NCBI GenBank assembly: GCA_036261625.1
Contig: DATAKL010000019.1
Coordinates: 5,185-69,184 of the forward strand
From: Ignavibacteriales bacterium
GTDB lineage: Bacteria > Bacteroidota > Ignavibacteria > Ignavibacteriales > SURF-24
DNA length: 64,000 bases
Direction of reading: 5' to 3'
Below the pieces are notes generated by a model, which saw only the letters and a list, made by a program, of their open reading frames with translations, was not told where the DNA came from and did not search any database. Position numbers and translations under genes: made by a program. Of the stretch, positions 62,499 to 64,000 are shown piece by piece; positions within the stretch are counted from its first letter, which is position 1; every line of letters begins with the position of its first letter.

Positions 62499-64000
62499 AT
62501 GAAACCTCTCTTACTACTGTTAACTGTAATTTCAGTATGCTTTTTAAGCTTAAGAAACCCTGCTTTGGCGCAGGAGTTTGATAAAAGGTCAGCAATATTT
62601 GTTTCTGAACCTTACCAGGATACCACTTTTACCTCATCGGCACATTACGGCATTTCTGCCGGCACTTTGCCCGGCAGCAGGGTTGCAATCAACGGAAAAG
62701 CCTTTAAGGTCTATCCCTCGGGCGCCTTTGCAGGATTACTGGACCTGGAGGTTGGCCAAAATCCTTTTACAATAACTTCCGAACTTCCTTCAGGAGAGAT
62801 ACTGAAGAAATCTTTTTTAATCATCAGAAATAAGCCGCTTGAAACCACTCCTGGCGACTCACTTGTAATTGAAGACGCCATGATGGAACCTTCACGCGAA
62901 CTCTGGCTTTCGGACGGCGACATTCTGAACCTTAGAATTAAAGGCACTCCGGGCTGCAAGGCTTTCTTCGGAAGCGGTAACGGGAAATGGCTCGATATGA
63001 CAGAAATGCCTGAGACTGAAACAAACGGCCTGCGCGGCATTTACCAGGGGATCTATAAAATAAGACCAAATGAAACCGTGCTCCCCATTGCTATAACTTT
63101 TAAGCTTGTGGACTCTACAGGTAAAAGCGTTACAAAAGTCTCAAAGGCAAAGTTTGCCGTAAGGACCGGGGATTTCCCGATGATAGGGCTCACAAAAGGG
63201 GATCGCCCTTACCTTAATTACGGGCTTGGAGAAGACCGCCTTGGAGGAGCCAAGATGGGATTTCTTAATGCCGGAATTAAACTTAAAATTAACGGTAAAT
63301 CAGGCAATCAGTTCAGGGTACAACTGAGCCATAGCCTCGAGGCATGGATTCCTGAAGATCAGGTCGAAATCCTACCTCCGGGAACATTTCAGCCTTACTC
63401 ACTTACTTCCTCATGGAATGTTTACGGCGATGACAAGTACGACTACGTTTCTGTTGGACTAAGTGAAAAACTCCCTTACACCTCAGTGCAGGACCCGATA
63501 AATCACCGGCTCATTGTGGATGTATACGGGGCAGTTGCAAACTCCAACTGGCTTACGCAGCATTTAACGACAAAGGAAATTAAGAATGTTTACTATGAAC
63601 AGCCCGACAAGGATGTCTTCAGAATAATTATTGAGCTTAAGCATAAGCAGAGCTGGGGTTACGGAATTGACTACAGCGGGCGTAATCTTATAATAAAAAT
63701 AAAAAGACAGCCTGAAAAGCTTGACTTAGGGAATCTCACCTTTGTTCTTGATGCCGGGCACGGCGGTGAAAGCCTGGGAGCTGTGGGGGGAACAGGTTCA
63801 CAGGAAAAGAATATTAACCTTTCCACAGTGCTTCATCTTAAGAATCTTCTGGAAAATGAAGGTGCAAAAGTTATTCTTACACGCAAAGACGACAGCAATG
63901 TCCCGAACAGTCAAAGGGTCAGGACAATCATAAACTCAGGCGCAGACATTCTCATAAGCATTCATTCCAATGCACCGGGTTCAGCTTCGGATCCAGAGAA
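62499..64000 (+). CDS. N-acetylmuramoyl-L-alanine amidase (amidase_3 family) with long N-terminal beta-rich region; 3' end cut by window edge
   Basis: This ORF is not in the supplied track because it has no stop inside the window. The ATG at 62499 gives the signal peptide MKPLLLLLTVISVCFLSLRNPALAQ, and the frame is open to nt 64000. The C-terminal part, FVLDAGHGGESLGAVGGTGSQEKNINL...GAKVILTRKDD...GADILISIHSNA, is the MurNAc-LAA signature. Confidence 0.85.
   Translation, partial: MKPLLLLLTVISVCFLSLRNPALAQEFDKRSAIFVSEPYQDTTFTSSAHYGISAGTLPGSRVAINGKAFKVYPSGAFAGLLDLEVGQNPFTITSELPSGEILKKSFLIIRNKPLETTPGDSLVIEDAMMEPSRELWLSDGDILNLRIKGTPGCKAFFGSGNGKWLDMTEMPETETNGLRGIYQGIYKIRPNETVLPIAITFKLVDSTGKSVTKVSKAKFAVRTGDFPMIGLTKGDRPYLNYGLGEDRLGGAKMGFLNAGIKLKINGKSGNQFRVQLSHSLEAWIPEDQVEILPPGTFQPYSLTSSWNVYGDDKYDYVSVGLSEKLPYTSVQDPINHRLIVDVYGAVANSNWLTQHLTTKEIKNVYYEQPDKDVFRIIIELKHKQSWGYGIDYSGRNLIIKIKRQPEKLDLGNLTFVLDAGHGGESLGAVGGTGSQEKNINLSTVLHLKNLLENEGAKVILTRKDDSNVPNSQRVRTIINSGADILISIHSNAPGSASDPE

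Noticed and set aside
1-64000. Mobile elements, prophage, defence islands, toxin-antitoxin pairs, rRNA, tmRNA, RNase P and SRP RNA.
   Set aside because: I saw no transposase, integrase, recombinase, Cas or restriction-type motifs in any frame, and no signature strings of the common structured RNAs. Absence judged by eye is weaker than a profile scan.

Overview
This 64-kb chromosomal segment is densely coding, with about 58 supportable features. It looks like it comes from a non-cyanobacterial member of the FCB group, perhaps Ignavibacteria- or Calditrichia-like. That placement is inference only. It rests on T9SS C-terminal sorting domains with the NYPNPFNP signature, an exbB-exbD-exbD-tonB-pstS-like-TPR cluster, and an M49 peptidase with a pentapeptide HEMSH zinc motif. 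All family calls were made by eye from motifs; no searches were run. Most genes are housekeeping, envelope or polysaccharide functions: a secreted esterase and a large six-hairpin glycosidase, DedA, a PEGA protein plus an FN3/WD40 lipoprotein, an Nramp-like transporter, single-chain pyruvate:ferredoxin oxidoreductase with a DHOD-like partner, tRNA-Leu(CAA), a 1017-aa amidase-like/golvesin-like lipoprotein, an M49 peptidase, an RNase Z-like MBL hydrolase, a CocE/NonD peptidase, a GT-C membrane protein, two SDRs, an ABC-F ATPase, rsmI, lysine 6-transaminase, a TonB energising cluster, an OmpA protein, an RND efflux triad, an MFS transporter, two tandem GH18 enzymes, a MORN-TonB_C protein and a 3'-truncated amidase. 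I saw no transposase, integrase, CRISPR array, rRNA or recognisable defence genes, and no clear-cut novel multi-gene system. The best leads are four. (i) A cyanophycin locus (cphE, an in-frame-deleted cphE-like gene without the catalytic core, iaaA, cphA) is followed directly by an unusual HAD-IIB phosphatase / P-loop NTPase fusion. (ii) Two tandem paralogous secreted proteins of unknown function lie downstream of a 16-bp-periodic array of TTCCGGAA palindromes. (iii) The Nramp-like transporter has its canonical metal-binding Asn, Met and His replaced. (iv) Several unusual domain fusions occur (CBM20-esterase, MORN-TonB_C).
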